A stretch of 50,636 nt of DNA, filler included, from Jimgerdemannia flammicorona (lineage: Eukaryota), in assembly GCA_003990765.1 (NCBI GenBank). It is 2 parts of 2 records of this genome, joined end to end, with 100 filler letters (N's around TTAATTAATTAA, not from the genome) between each part and the next. Parts side by side here need not be neighbours in the genome. Positions count along the whole stretch, not along the records: positions 1 to 25,269 come from RBNJ01000858.1; 1 more part is not named here. One strand, 5' to 3'. This document shows positions 1 through 11,621 of the stretch, piece by piece; within the stretch, counting starts at the first letter, position 1; the number at the start of each line of letters is the position of its first letter. The notes under the pieces were generated by a model. The model had not been told where the DNA came from. It saw only the letters and a program-made list of their open reading frames with translations, and made no database searches. The position numbers and the translations under genes are program-made.

Positions 1-446
1 TTTTTTGGCGGCCGGCAAAACGTCCTCGGCGAGCACTATACAATGCTTCTTGTTACGCGTCGACAATTTGACATATTTCGTCGTGGAGTCGGAGCTATTT
101 TCGGAGGAGTTGGAAGCTGAACGACCGACAGTGCTGTTCGTTATCGTCGATCAACAGTCAAAAGCGGCAGGAGATCACCGAGCCTACCTCACCGACGTTT
201 GTCTCCGATTTCACCTCAGGTATATACGCGATATGACAAAGTACCCAACTCCTTTCTGCGTGCTCGGCCCCAAGCACCCATCGGCGAGACGCGTTACGCG
301 GTTTGTTTAATATGAAATTGCGAATATTGGATATCCATTTTATTTCACGATATCCCTACTTATACCACGACGAGCCCTACCCACCACATGACTACCCTCT
401 GCCACCATTTCCCAGAGATTTCTTACAGCCAATCCGCGACAAAGTG

Positions 447-3400
447 TCATAGCTTGCTACGGAGGATTTTGGCACCTTCTAGAAACAATAAAAACAAATA
501 AGGAATTCAACGGATGGAACCAACTGAAGTCTACACAACAATCGCCTCGCATGGCCCAAAATAAGCAAAGAATAAAAAAGACTGCATTCGATCCCTTCGA
601 TGGCATCTCTCCGCATGAAGCAAAAACAAAGACAAAAAAAAAAAAAAAAAAAAAACCGACCCTTGCGCGGGAACTGCGGCGGCGCGGTACGCAAAAACCA
701 GATATCCTCGATCTCCGTGTCCAAAACCTCGAGTGGCAATAGTGTATTGCGGTCTGCCAGAGAAGGATGCCGGTGTGAGCCGAAAAAATTATAGATGTCA
801 TGAAAATGCCGTTTGATGATGTACGATATTGTACAGAAATAAAGACACAAACCTCGCGTGCGCAGGAACTCGGCGATGGGAGCGAGTTGGTTGGTGGGGA
901 TAGCAAAGTTAACCTCAGTGATCGTGACGCCGTCTTGGGTCCGTGCGTTGCCTGGAGACGGCGATTTACAAGGCGATTATATCAATCGGGATCTGATAAC
1001 GGTCCTCTCCCAAAGGAAGAAAGAAAGAAGGGAAGAAAACGTCCACTTACTACTTATCAGCCCAATCACACGCTCAGGCTGTGCCGCGTCGACCAACACG
1101 CCGCCGCTGCACCCGCGGTGCACCTTGGTCGACGACACTACCATCACGGGCTGATCCCTGTGCCGAACCACCTTGGACACCACACCCGAGGTCATGGTGC
1201 AGGCGGTGTCGGAGCGCGGGCCGAAGACGCCGTGGCCCAGGGCGAGGAGAGGGAGGCCGGGTGAGGTATTGCTACCGTCAATGAAGGCGAAGCGGGGTGA
1301 AGTGGAGAGGGGTGACGAGATTGATCGGTTGATGTTTTCATAGTATGAATTGCTTCACGCAAACGCCCGCCAAATTTCTTCCGCCGACAAAGATCAACTA
1401 GATGTTGAAAATAAAGATTCGGAGGTCCATTATACATACAACTCGATCTCTTCACCAGGCAACTCCACGAATGGCAACCCGCCCTCCCGTCGCCTCTCCT
1501 CCTCGAACCCCGGACCACTAAGGCGGAGCAGGGCCACGTCCCACTGCGTCAAGCTCACGAAATCAAGGTTCCCGGTGTAGAACCACTTGGATGGGGGGGA
1601 TGGACGCGTTTGAGAGAAACGAATGGGAGGAAGGGCAAAGAGGGAAGATGACATGAGTTGATTTCAAGGCGGCCTCAAAAGGGGCCGGGTCTGGGATAAC
1701 CAATCATGAGCTTTGCCGATTCAGCTACATCATAACAAAGGCACTCCCGTCTTCACGAAGCTCGGGTATTCTCCAACCCAATACAACCAATCCACATCGG
1801 AAATACTCACGCAATCCCCGATCCTCACGCGAACGCGCACCCAATCCTTCAGCCGAGCACGCGGTGACCCGGGCGATTCTTCCTCCAGGAACTCGTAAAA
1901 GATGTGGGCGCTCGTAAGGATATCTGCACATTGGAGATGGGACAAAAATTTCAGTACCAAAGATCGCAAAATAGGGTTATATCGATCGCATATGAGAATA
2001 GATCTTGGGCGATGTGGTGGTCATACCAAACAATCAATGATACAACATATTATACTCACAGCCATCCTCCGAAACGATCACTCCCGATGCCCACGTGTTA
2101 TTCACCGCGATCAACACCACTGCGGAACGCGTCCGCGCAAGGGCGGCGTCTCTGTCCGTCGCGGCAATGCGTACGGCGGGGGGGGAAGGGGATACCGACG
2201 AGGAGAAGGAGAGGAAGGGCTCGACGGCGGAGAGGATGGTGCGCGCGGGGATGATAAGCGCCAGGTCGACGGGGTCGCCATCCTTGCGTCTGGAAGTGGG
2301 TTTGAAGTGGAGATCAAATTGAGTATAAATGGTGAATATGAGGACAGACCAAAGTCCAAGCCTTTAATATATATGTATCTTTCTGGCCGCACCTGATAGG
2401 AACCATCGCCATCCCCGCAAACTCTCCCCCATTCGCACCATCATAGTAGAAGCACGAAGCCCCTTCCATTCCCGGCAGTACACGCACGTCCGTGACCATC
2501 AACGCCACAGAAGTTTTATCAATACCGTGCGGCTCGCGAACGACGGCGACGATGTTGGATACGATGCCGCGCGAGACCATGTTGCTGAGAACCAAAGGGG
2601 TCACCAGACCAAAGGGCGAGGAGTGGAGAAGAAGGGGGCGGCCGACCTGGCCCGATTAGACGAAAAATAAGATGTGAGGTCGAGGCGAATCTGGTACGAC
2701 AATGGTTGCATCAATCACGGTGTTAAGTCGTTGTACCGTACCTTGGGTTCACTCGCGAACTCGGTCGACACACGCTTAACACCCGCACCAATAAAGCCAT
2801 CCACCAACTGTCCCTTTGTCTTCCGCATCTTCAACACGGCGATTCCGCATACCGCCACGTTTGCGATGGAGAATTGGGCGAAGGTGCTCAGGTCGGCGTG
2901 CGGGAGTGGCGAGCCCACGGCCCAACCGCACTCCCAGCAATCGGTGTCGCGTTCCGTCAGGCGCGAGATGGCGTCGCGGACGCCTGTGTGGGGCGAGGGA
3001 AGGAGGGACGTATATGTGAGCAGTATGCGAGTTTCAAGGCGATTGTGAGGGGTTAGAAAGGTGGTTGAAGGGAGGGACCTGTTGCTTCGACAATGGCGAG
3101 GAGTTCGGCGGGGAGCCAAGTGTCTTGATCTGGCAGGATCGTGAAGGGATCAGACGCGGATAGGATCAGCATGGTTCGAATAGTGTGATCTGGCGTTTCT
3201 TCTACGACAATTATCTAACGAATGGGATTTCATGGCTCTCGACATACCACCCTCCAGGAGCACTTCGAAGATGGCTCCCTTTACAGTTCGACTTGGAGCA
3301 CCATTCTCGCCCTAAGCAAGTGATTTATTGATAACATTGAGAAATAATGAATTTCGGCAACCAACCAGGATATAGTTGAGGCAAGCCGAAGTAATAATAA

Positions 3401-3517
3401 TAATAATAATAAGCACGACTCACCAGATGCTCAAGAAACGGAGAAATCACACTTGCGCTAATGATAATAAGATACGTGTATATCATATCATATTATTTTT
3501 ATTTTATTTTATTTTAT

Positions 3518-3548
<31 letters not shown>

Positions 3549-3859
3549 CAATCTCAAAGGTGCACAAATTTTGTTTCAATGAGAGCAATAAACTACCTAG
3601 TTACCACGACATCTCCGTCAATAAGGGTCGCGGACGCGGAGAGTGCGGTGTACCCGTCTGTGGAAAAACGCGACGAAGGAGGTGGTCAAGGACACCAAGA
3701 GTAACAAGGAGAAAAAAGAAGCGAGGGTCAACGGGGCCAAGGATATTTCTTATGATAGAAAGAACGGCCCGAGTGTGCTGGGTCGGCTGGTGGGTCGGCT
3801 AGTGGGTCGGCTGGTGGGTCCGGAGCGTAGACTCGCAGACAGGCTGGGAGCAGTTGCAT
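447..3859 (-). CDS. TYSND1: Peroxisomal PTS2-leader-processing trypsin-like serine protease (TYSND1/DEG15 family), multi-exon
   Basis: Manual splicing gives MQLLPACLRVYAPDP...SFYHKK/DGYTALSASATLIDGDVVVTS/ASVISPF, SSPFGLVTP..SNMVSRGIVSN..TDVRVLPGMEGA, WASGVIVSEDG/YILTSAH (His), WDVALLRL (Asp), ALGHGVFGPR, VHRGCSGG (Ser), VNFAIP. The last exon reads EGAKILRSKL-TGA (stop 447-449), a PTS1. These motifs match DEG15/TYSND1. ATG at 3857-3859. Some internal exon boundaries are approximate. Confidence 0.88.
3660..3746 (-). other. Candidate U12-type AT-AC intron (intron 1 of the TYSND1-like gene)
   Basis: Minus strand 5'SS ATATCCTT (3746-3739), branch box TCCTTGAC (3692-3685), 3' end AC (3661-3660). 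Removal joins AAG AA|A GAC GGG in frame and skips the TGA at 3728-3730. Confidence 0.75.
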
Positions 3860-4270
3860 AGTTTCACAGAAAAGATGGAATGGGGTTCGTTTTTCTCGGG
3901 ACTTTTGAATTGGCACGTGATTGGGGTGATGGGACGATTCAAAGGCTGTCAAAATGGCCAGTCCCGTCGGTATCTTCTTAGTTCCGCCAACCCGTATAAC
4001 GTGGCGTGCGTGCAGCAGGTATGACCTTGTGTGGCTGAATTGGACCCTTGAGTATTGGCAAGAAGTGGTAGTGGTAGACTTGTGTGTGTGTTTGGGTGGT
4101 TCGACAATATTGTATATATTGGAGACGGGGTTGTGTGTGTGATTGGGGCCAATGGTGTCCGACCGGCCAATCACAAGACTTCACATCCCCAAATTTGTTG
4201 CCTTCGCCATTGGACGCGTTGCTCCTTCTTCCTACCTCGTGCACCTCACAATTGCACCAGAAACACAAAA

Positions 4271-6241
4271 ATGACCGACCTCGTGAAAAAACAACTTGTC
4301 AAGCCTCCTCAGAGGCCTGACGAGGAGGCCTTCAAGAAAGCCCAAGAAGATATCAACGCAAAGATCAATGGCCTCCGAAAGAAATCCGTAAGTGGCCACT
4401 CACATCCGCATCACTCCAACAAGCCATTCTCTTCCCCCCCTTCCCCAATCGAACACCGCCATCTCAGGCAGTTCCACAACCACCTTCTCCTCTCTTCCTC
4501 TTTTTCGTCATACCACCACCACCACCACCCCCTTCCCGGTTACTCTCGTAGGATGCGGTCAAGGAGAGGCTGAACAACGCCCCCGGCAAGGGCTCTGGTA
4601 ACGACAAGCGCGAGGAGTTGCGCGGCCGCCTCAACGACCTGCGCAGGCAGCAGGCGGAAATCAAGCAGTCCAAGCAAGGCGTATTCGATCAGTTGAGCGC
4701 CCTCGATGCGTCCATAAAGAAGAAGGTAGGCAGGGGAAATACTGATTTGGATCAGAGGGAGAATGTGATGGATAGGGGAGAGAAAGATGGTAGGATGACT
4801 GGGAGTGATGGAAGGAAGGAAATAGAGTGAAAGGAAAGGTGCGGGGTGATCACGGATACAGATGATTTGGTGATGGTAGGAAAGGAAGTAGATCACCTTT
4901 ACTTTTGGATGCACGCTGCTAATGTTCAATTGACTTGTATTGCCAATGTTATAGATTGTCGATGTCAAGGCCGCCAAGCTCCCATACAAGACCACCGCTG
5001 AGATTGATAACCGGATCAGGTGGGTTGTTCACAAGTACCTGGACAGACGGACGATCTTCATTAATTTCGCGAGAACATTGATATTATGCTTTGCGGCCAT
5101 GCTCTAACACGAACACCATTTCCTCCCCACCTTACAAAGTGAGCTCGATCAAAAGGTCGAGAGTGGCATCCTGAAGCTGGTCGAGGAGAAGAGATTTGTG
5201 GCCGAGATCTCCAGTCTCAAGAAAGCCCGCAAGGCCGTCGAGGCCCAACAAGTGCAACAGGCGGCGATCGACGCCGACAAACAGACGTACGACGAGCTCA
5301 AGAAGACGATCGATGACTCCGGCGCGCGCGCCATCAGCCAAGAGTTCGATGAGGTCAGGGCGCAGCTGGACGCCCTTCAGAAGGATTATCAGTCGGACCG
5401 TGAAAAGCGCGACGAGCTCTACAACGAGCAGACAGCTCTCCGTCAGCAGCTCGACGAGGCCTACTCGGACCTCCGCGCCCTCCGCGACGAGTACAAGGCC
5501 AAGAACGACGAGTACTACGCCCACCAGCGCCAGGCCCAGATTCAGCGCCGCGAGGCCGCCCGCATTAAACAGCAGGTGATCGATGAGGAGAAGCGCCAGG
5601 CCGCCGCGCGCAACGAGCGCGAGCTCGCGGAAATCCCGGCCTTCGAGGAGGAGATCATCACATGCGAGAACCTCATCAACTTCCTCAAGCCCTCCGCCGC
5701 CGCCGCTGCCGCCGAGGCTGCGGCCACCACCGCCGCCACCACCGCCGCCAACGTACGCCAAGTCGACTCCAGTAACGCCCCGCAGGGCGTCGCGCTCAAG
5801 AAGAAGGCTGATCGCGATGAGGATACGTACTTCGTTGGCGGAAAATACGCAAAGAAGAGTAAGGGACAGCCCAAGCAAGCAGCCTCCCCTGGCGCTACTT
5901 CCGCTATCACTCCCTCGGGTGCTTTCAAAATCCCACTCAACATGATGGAAGCATTTTTCACTGTCGATGTCGCCGTGCCGACCTCCGCCGCCGACGTGGA
6001 CCGCGCCGTTGAGGCCCTGCGCGCTCGTCTCGCGCACTACAAAGCCGAACAGCCTAAGGTCACCGAAGAAAAGAAGCGCAAGGCGGAGGAAAAGATCGCG
6101 ACCTTGTTGGCTCGGCAGGAAGAGAAGAGACAGTCGAGGCAGAACGGCGCCCCCAAACCCGCTGAGGATGCCTTTATCGATCCGGTTGAGGTCGAGAGCG
6201 TCACGGTCTCGGTTGCTGCGGTTGAGATTACGCAGGAGTGA
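4271..6241 (+). CDS. BFR1: Bfr1-like coiled-coil protein (nuclear segregation/ER-polysome protein), 4 exons
   Basis: MTDLVKK..RPDEEAFKK.. spliced through GT-AG introns (~4388-4551, ~4727-4955, ~5020-5139) to PYKTTAEIDNRI/ELDQKVESGILKLVEEKRFVAEISSLKKARK, then the long ORF with EIPAFEEEIITCENLINFL. Divergent from the TYSND1-like gene across ~410 bp. Confidence 0.8.
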
Positions 6242-7319
6242 GAGGATATCGGGAAGAAGATGAGGGAGAGGGAGGGAGCCTTGCTTGATGGGATTCGAGC
6301 TTCTTACTTTTTTCTCATGGACGGTAGGGGTTTTGGTCCCGTCGGCGGCTCCCACACCCACGCCCACGCCCACGCCTCTCGCCTCGAGGCCAACTGGTTT
6401 TGAATTTAAAAGTGACACCGAGATTTGGATCGAACATTTGTTTCCGGGGGGGCCGACTGCCGTTGAGTTGGGAGTTTCGAATTTATTTTAAAATACCAAC
6501 AAAGATTTATGCGGGGCGGGTTGACTGGATGGTCAATGGTATCTCTCGCTTATATAGAAAGTATGTAATGTATTCATTTGTTTATCGATTTGGATCTTAT
6601 CCTATAAATAAATAAAGTACGTAGGTTTATTATTTCTATTTTGGAGGTTTTTTTTTTTTTTTTTTTTTTAATAATAATAATAATAATAATAAAGCCGTTC
6701 TCAACAGGGGGTTTAATGCCCATTTGCCAGTGTTCTTCTAGAGAGATGGCTGGCTGGATAGAGAGATAAAACGTCGAGTTCATCTTAGCTGTCAGATTTC
6801 CCTTTTGCAAGGAACTCCAGTTCACCTAGTATTAGGAACATAACCTCGACATGGTGGAATACCTCATAAGAAGTCGATTTTGGTGGGGGCGCGAATACAT
6901 TTCGAATAATCTCTAGCAAGTTAAATTTGCGGTTGTGGGGTACCCTTTCGGCTGCTTCGGCTGCGCACAAGAATGAACCTCGCGGTTTCTATGGATCGGG
7001 CCTGCTCTTGACATGATGGCCCTTGCACATAATATACCCACAGCAATGGCGCAATGTAGCAAAACATCCGAGTTTTTACATTTAAAAATATGTTCACAAT
7101 GTCCACCATTGCCAATCACACAACCACCGCCGAAATCCCATGCCCGCTGTTTCCGAGTCTGAGAATCCAGATCCCAAGCTCTGTTACTTTACAGTCACTG
7201 GAGTGTTACCTGGGCACAGGCGCCAAGCAGGTCAGGTCCCCGCGAACCGCACATAGCGCAGATCGAAAAGACCACGTCTTCTTCCACTTGCAACACCAAC
7301 GTCACCGTCGTTAGTGTCC

Positions 7320-9166
7320 TTACTTGGCCTCCTCCTCCTTCTTTTCCGCCTCGCCCTCGACGGCCTTCTTCTTGTTCTTCTTCGGCTTCAACGAGGTGGC
7401 CAGCAGCGCGATCAGGGTCTCATTCTTGAGCGACTTGTCTGATTGCACAATCGACTGGTCGAACGGGGGGGAAGTGACCTTGAGCGTGCCGTTCTTGGTG
7501 AGGAGAATCGTCGCGAGGAACTGCGCGACGAAGGCGTCTAGTGGGTTGGGAGTTGGGGGAGTGTGGGAGGGGGTGTTAAAATACGATACGAAATTTTCAT
7601 CAACCGACGGACTATAATAAAGAAACAGAACATCCAACGAACCCTCTTTATCGTATAGCACCTCGTAGGGGAGAACGAGATGGTGCTTGGCGCACTCGAG
7701 GATACCCATCCTGGCCTTCTTCTCGTCCTCGAGGTCGCGCAACGGGAAGGGGAACTGGCCAAATTTTGTGTTGAGCTCCTTGAGGACAGCGCGGGAGGTC
7801 TTCATTTTGAGCTCGTAGCGGGTGTCAGTCTTCTTGTAAACAGAAGTGCGCGCGGCACCTGGCTTGGGCTTGCCCTCAGCGGAGGAAGTGATGAGGATGT
7901 CGACGGCGTAAACTTCGTTCTCTGCGAACTCCACGCGCTCAAAATCGTGCAGCTGCTGTTCCGAGGGTGCCTGAATGATCTGCTTCTTGCCGTCGATCAC
8001 ATTGCGCTCCTGGTTGAACGAGATCTGGCCCTCCACGGGTTTGACCTCGAAGGCGTCGGCAATCTGGGTGATGACCTTGGTGACATCCATGTTCTGATAG
8101 TGTGTCGAGTGAAAATATGAGGGTTAGTTGGATAGAGAAAATGCGAGATTCCAACCCGAACCGAGATAAATATGTCGTATTAGAAAGCAGACGAAGAAGG
8201 GTTTCGACGCCGATTTCCCACCTTGGCTCCAGGCTTGACTAATCGAATGGCAGCCTCGAGAGCGAGGTGGGCAGCCTGGAGCACATCGGCCTTACGACCC
8301 TTGATCGGGTTCTCGGCGCTGGCGCCGACGACGACGGTGTGAGCGACGATGGCAGCGAAGCCATCGATCTGGGCACCGAGCTGACTTTTTTTTTTTTTTT
8401 TGCCATACAGAGTCAATCAAATGTTATCATTAGAAACACACAACCACAACCCCGCAACAGCACACATAGTCCCTCCCCCAAAAATAAAATAATAAATGGC
8501 TGTTATGATTAGAGGGTGTGGTGACACTTACATTTTTACCATGTCGCCTGTCTTGATGACGCTGGCGGCCTCGGGGTCGCTGGGTAGCGGCGAGAAGTTG
8601 CAGATGATGTTATTGACAGAGATACAGGTGGGGAACCCAATACCTGGGATTGCGCGGTTAATAGGCTTTGTGTCAGAAGGTATCGGATAGACGGAGGATC
8701 ACGTGTACGACAAATATATTTCAGAATAAAATTAATGACAAGAGCAGCTACATACCCTTCTGAGTCTTGTCCTTGTTGTAGACACCCTTGGTACCTTCTT
8801 CGATGGCCTTGTCACCCAGAATACAGATGTCCAGGACACGCGCGCCATCAACTACTGCAGCAATGACCTTTTTGAGCACCTCTGGAGCAAAGATGAAAAT
8901 ATTGCACATGTAGAATTAGGCGAGCCATAATGTTATGGGTAGAGAGCACTCGGCTAACCGCGTATTAATAATCACTCGTGTGCAGGACGCAAACATTCCA
9001 ATAACTAAACACGAGACGCGTTCATGTGTATCCACGCTACAAACTCACGGTTGGAGATGTCAGCAGCGGTCGTATATTTTGTGACGACATCGACGTTGTT
9101 AACGGTGACGTCAACCTCAGATTCGGCGGCGGCGGCGGCAACGGCGGCGGTCTTCTTGTTGGACAT
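7320..9166 (-). CDS. PA2G4: PA2G4/Ebp1/Cdb4-like MetAP-fold protein, 6 exons
   Basis: [19 protein letters not shown] / [16 protein letters not shown] / [19 protein letters not shown] / [36 protein letters not shown] / [24 protein letters not shown] / [15 protein letters not shown] introns; TAA at 7320-7322. Confidence 0.92.
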
Positions 9167-9356
9167 TGTGGTGTTAAGGGAGGGTTGGTTTCAAGGAGAA
9201 GCGAAAACGAAATCCGCAGCAAGGCGGAAGCAAGGCTGGTCCGAAAACAAAGATAAAATGGACCCTGTGACGTCACCGACACTCCAAGTGACTGGCACAT
9301 CCAAAAGGGGAGAGTGTAAGAACAGGGTAATTGAGGTAATTGGCGATGTGAGCCAC

Positions 9357-9445
9357 TTTACCACCCTCGAGCTGATGAGACATTCACCCTTGAGCTGATG
9401 ACACATTCCGTGTTTACCACCCTTGAGCTGATGAGACATTCCGTG
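9357..9445. repeat. Three imperfect tandem copies of (TTTACC)ACCCTYGAGCTGATGASACATTC in the divergent promoter between the PA2G4-like and MATH-BTB genes
   Basis: Direct repeats visible at ~9357, ~9386 and ~9413. Confidence 0.8.
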
Positions 9446-9732
9446 AGCACCCGATGATGTCAATGTGAAAAAAGAGACTCCCCGTCTTTTCGTTCTTTCC
9501 CCAGGAACTATTATCCTCAATCCCACCCTTCCTCCCAACCCCCCTAGCATGATCCCTTAAAAGCATGCAATCATCATCTTATTATGCGATGGCCCAACCT
9601 CCCAACCCCAGCCCTGCCTCTGCGTCACACACTGGTGTCCGTCCTCTCACCTGTCTTAAGGCCTTTTCACATAGCATCGCGCGAAAAGGACTTCTCACGT
9701 GCTCCTTGTTCCGCCGTACTCGCCGCGCAAAC

Positions 9733-11252
9733 ATGTCCGTCCAACTCACTACCACTACCACCACCTCTGTCTCCGGTCCAGCCCTACCCACCGGTACCAC
9801 CTCCGTCCTCCAGCGCGTGTATCTATACGAGTGGACCGTACGCGCATTTGAGAGGCTGGAGGATAAAAAATATTGCAGCCCCAAGTTTAAATCGTCACCT
9901 TGGGAGGAGTGGACTATCGATATGTATCCGGTAAAGTCAACTGTGAAATGAAACAACCATCAATCCCTCTGGTCTTTATCAAATCCTCGAAAAGAAAAAG
10001 AAAAAAAAAACGTTCCTCACTGACGTCCTACAATTTACCACCACACCCTTCCTTACCCATATACATCAGTACGGTCAAAGCAACCATGATAACTATGAAC
10101 CCGATACCATTTCACTGTTCCTCCAAAAGCGCTCGTTCCGTCCCGCCGACAACGAAAACGGGGAATCCAAAAAGATCCGCTTCACACTCTCGATTCGCTC
10201 CTCGAACTCGTGCAACGACACCTTTACGGTCGAGCGGACCCGTGAGCGAGCTTTCACCGCGGAGAAACCTTGCTGGGGTTGATTAATGTCCATTTTGCAT
10301 GGTGTCTTTGAATTTTATTTATTTATTTATGCATATGTCGTGTAAATTTGTGGCTCTCTTAAATTTATCACATTTACTTTCTTGCAACACAGGCTTCGCA
10401 TGCTTCGTCTCCCGCAGCGCCCTGCATATCAACAAACTCCAAGACCTGACCATCACTGTCAAATTTCACCTTGACTTGCCCACAAATGATATCTTTAAGC
10501 ACATCACGCCCGTCCCCCCGACTCTCTACAAGAGTCTCGCATCCCTTCTGCGCCAGCCCCAACACAGTGATGTCGAATTCCGCGTCTTCCTTTCCACCAA
10601 CGCCTCCCCCCCCAGCTTCAACCTTCCATACCGCAATTCCACGCCGACTACCTCCATCCCAGATCTTTCGTCCCCTCCGTCCACCTCTCCCCCAGTGTTT
10701 CCACGCCAACCGCCTAACTCGCCCACCCAAACCGCCCATGCGGTATTCTACGCAAACCGCAGCATCCTCCGTGAGCGCTCTCCGTATTTTGCGGCGCTCT
10801 TTGACAGCGGCATGGCGGAATCCTACGCCTGCTTCGACACTGGTCGGCACACGATTAGCGTCACCGACTTCCCTGCGGCGACGTTCCACGCCCTTCTGCT
10901 CCACCTCTACACCAACCGCACGGATTTTACGGGCGCTACCACAGATCGCCACCCCTACACCAGTCCCGTCCATGACCACGACCTCTACCGCATCGCCGAC
11001 AAGTACCAAGTCGAGACGCTTCGTTATGCCGCCCGACAGCGCATCCTTGCCGGTCTGACAGTCAACGATGTGGCGAGCGATTTGTTCGCATTCGCGTACC
11101 AGTTCCCGGAAATGAAGGGGGCCGTATTAGAGTTTTTAATTTCTAGATTCGATGAGGTCAAGAAGACCGAGGGTTTCCGTAAGTGCCTGAGGTACTATAA
11201 AGGATCTGAGCAGCATGCTGACCTCGTGTGCGATATCTTGGCGGCCATGTGA
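9733..11252 (+). CDS. MATH-BTB/POZ protein (SPOP-like Cul3 adaptor architecture), 3 exons
   Basis: MATH-like YEWTVRAF..YCSPKF..WTIDMYP / ISLFL..RFTLSI..KPCWG/FACFVSR. BTB motifs HSDVEFRV, FYANRSILRERSPYFAALFDSGMAES, TFHALLLHLYT, LYRIADKYQVETLR. Introns ~9931-10068 and ~10278-10391. Confidence 0.85.
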
Positions 11253-11621
11253 GTGGACATGGGTTAAGGTTGCAGATTAAGAGAAGGCGGGGGAGGATGG
11301 TTGTCGATAATATTGGCATGTTGATTGTTGGTGTCGGTGAGTTTGGTGGATTTTGTGAAGCTGATTTGGAGATTGCAGAATTGTCTTCATTGCGTTTGAA
11401 GTGTGTAAGTCAAATGTGTGCCGTGCAGTCACTTGGTTCAAACATGTTAGCCTTTTGTACATACAAAGACACGCAGCCTGCAATTGACAAATGGGATTAG
11501 AATGAAAACATATAACCCTTTACTTGTTGACGAGACACATTGCAGTGCGACCATCACGTGGAAATTGTCATTGGCAATTTGTCAACCTCTCTCTATACCT
11601 ATCTATACTTATCACTTAACC

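Noticed and set aside
5..310. Possible plus-strand exon at the window start (ORF with a CAG|GTATAT donor near 219 and a possible acceptor near 429 overlapping the TYSND1-like 3' end)
   Set aside because: No recognisable protein similarity and truncated context; cannot be supported without transcripts.
1916..1923. Second ATATCCTT (U12 5' splice-site motif) on the minus strand
   Set aside because: It follows a CAG acceptor and encodes the required Y-I-L-T-S-A-H catalytic motif, so it is exonic coincidence.
3780..3820. 12-bp tandem repeat GGGTCGGCTRGT
   Set aside because: Simply encodes the DPPA/DPLA low-complexity insert in exon 1 of the TYSND1-like gene.
5132..6418. 428-aa minus-strand ORF, and similar shadow ORFs over other genes
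   Set aside because: Antisense shadow of the GC3-rich BFR1-like exon, with no recognisable motifs.
9370..9475. CTGATGA...GAAA as a hammerhead ribozyme or C/D snoRNA
   Set aside because: Could not find the required flanking stems or a properly placed D box; better explained as a short tandem duplication.
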